Source: Terriglobia bacterium (GTDB taxonomy: Bacteria; Acidobacteriota; Terriglobia; Terriglobales; Acidobacteriaceae). From it: 64,000 bases of DNA. Position 1 is the stretch's first letter; each line of letters opens with the position of its first letter. Below the pieces are notes generated by a model that saw only the letters and a list, made by a program, of their open reading frames with translations, had not been told where the DNA came from and did no database searches. The translations under genes and the position numbers were made by a program. Below are positions 63,212-64,000 of this stretch, piece by piece. The DNA is taken from the NCBI GenBank assembly GCA_963765285.1, contig CAVXVR010000004.1, forward strand, positions 84,253 to 148,252. Reading direction: 5' to 3'.

Positions 63212-64000
63212 CAAGATTGGGGTGGTTGCACCGGAAATGGTGCAGTGGCATTTCACGAAAGGCTCGGATCGCTGCGAATTTTCGATCCCTTTTGCGGCTG
63301 CGGAAACTTCCTCGTCATCGCCTACCGCGAGCTGCGCCTGCTCGAAATCGAAGTGCTCAAGCTGCTTCGCCGCGACGAGCAATACAAGATTGCCGCCGTT
63401 TTCTCCCGCGTAGATGTGGACCAGTTCTACGGCATCGAAATAAGCGAGTTTCCCGCGCGTATCGCCGAGGTGGCCCTTTGGATGATGGACCACATCATGA
63501 ACAATCGGCTGACGGTTGAGTTCGGCAATCCCTATTTACGCATCCCGCTCAGGAAGTCGCCACACATTCACCCGGTCGACGCCCTGGAGGTGGACTGGGC
63601 CGACATTCTTCCGCCCGCTCAATGTTCGTACATTTTGGGCAATCCCCCTTTCGGCGGCGCGAAATACCAAAGCGAAAAGCAGCGCGAGCAAGTCCGCCGC
63701 ATCGCCCGCCTGGGAGGCTCAGGCGGCACGCTCGATTACGTAACGGCCTGGTACATCAGGGCGGGAGAATACCTCGCAAACGGCCGCGCTCGCATCGGCT
63801 TCGTCGGCACCAACTCCATTACGCAAGGCGAGCAGGTCGCCCAGCTCTGGCCGGTATTATTTGGCCGCTGCGGGCTGGAAATTTCCTTTGCCCACCGGAC
63901 GTTTGCTTGGGGCAGCGATGCTCGCGGCAAGGCGCACGTGCACGTCGTCATCATCGGCCTGACGCGACGCGACGACGAGCCCGCCATCAAACGGCTTTTC
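63212..64000 (+). CDS. MmeI-family (type IIL/IIG-like) N6-adenine DNA methyltransferase domain, apparently 5'-truncated; 3' end beyond window
   Basis: Frame not in the ORF track because it runs off the edge. My translation: ..AVAFHERLGSLRIFDPFCGCGNFLVIAYRELRLLEIEV (motif I) ... FYGIEISEFPARIAEVALWMMDH ... YILGNPPFGGAKY (NPPF motif IV) ... AHRTFAWGSDARGKAHVHVVIIG. In-frame stop at 63209-63211. The ~300-aa N-terminal nuclease/helical region of the family is missing. Confidence 0.75.

Overview
This is a visibly GC-rich 64-kb chromosomal segment with about 60 protein genes, one tRNA-Gly(CCC) and no rRNA, CRISPR array, transposase or integrase. All calls come from reading the supplied translations and my own translation of unlisted frames; no searches were run. 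Gene content and several short GC-rich intergenic repeat families resemble Acidobacteriota (Terriglobia-like) soil genomes, but that is recollection only.

Main blocks, in order:
- 1-4 kb: partial HlyD-type efflux adaptor, queF, a frameshifted MFS transporter and a GT2 glycosyltransferase.
- 4.3-9.6 kb: complete hoxEFUYH-hoxW operon for a bidirectional NAD(P)-linked [NiFe] hydrogenase.
- 9.7-22.3 kb: mixed housekeeping genes. These include a STAS/RsbW-like pair, a PRC-MgtE_N-CBS protein, a GT39 glycosyltransferase, PhzF, an NRAMP-family transporter with NRMT-like metal-site residues, a NUDIX hydrolase, a GAF protein, IscU and MqnE.
- 22.3-25.2 kb: a decayed brnTA locus, divergent from a two-gene operon. 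That operon encodes an HPF/RaiA-domain::ECF-sigma fusion followed by a bacterial eRF1/Pelota-like protein. This is my top candidate for an undescribed system.
- 25.4-34 kb: Ntn asparaginase, a likely PPi-dependent PFK next to GlpX, GcdH and a 776-aa di-haem peroxidase-like protein.
- 35.6-48.8 kb: a phosphate/polyphosphate supercluster: pstS, ppk1, sixA, ppx, a CHAD protein, pstCAB-phoU and a propeller-phosphoesterase, with Pho-box-like direct repeats.
- 50-62.5 kb: an ABC-2 exporter split by a thioredoxin-fold gene, M28 peptidase, tRNA-Gly, FabF, a PAS-GGDEF-EAL protein, M15 peptidase and a disrupted UbiD-family gene.
- 62.6-64 kb: a truncated parDE-like locus abutting a 5'-truncated MmeI-family DNA methyltransferase that runs off the window.

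Two genes are clearly frame-disrupted (MFS, UbiD) and two more have doubtful 5' ends. Either the sequence carries indel errors or gene decay is real. Many long ORFs in the track are antisense shadow ORFs or read-throughs of intergenic repeats, and I trimmed or rejected them.
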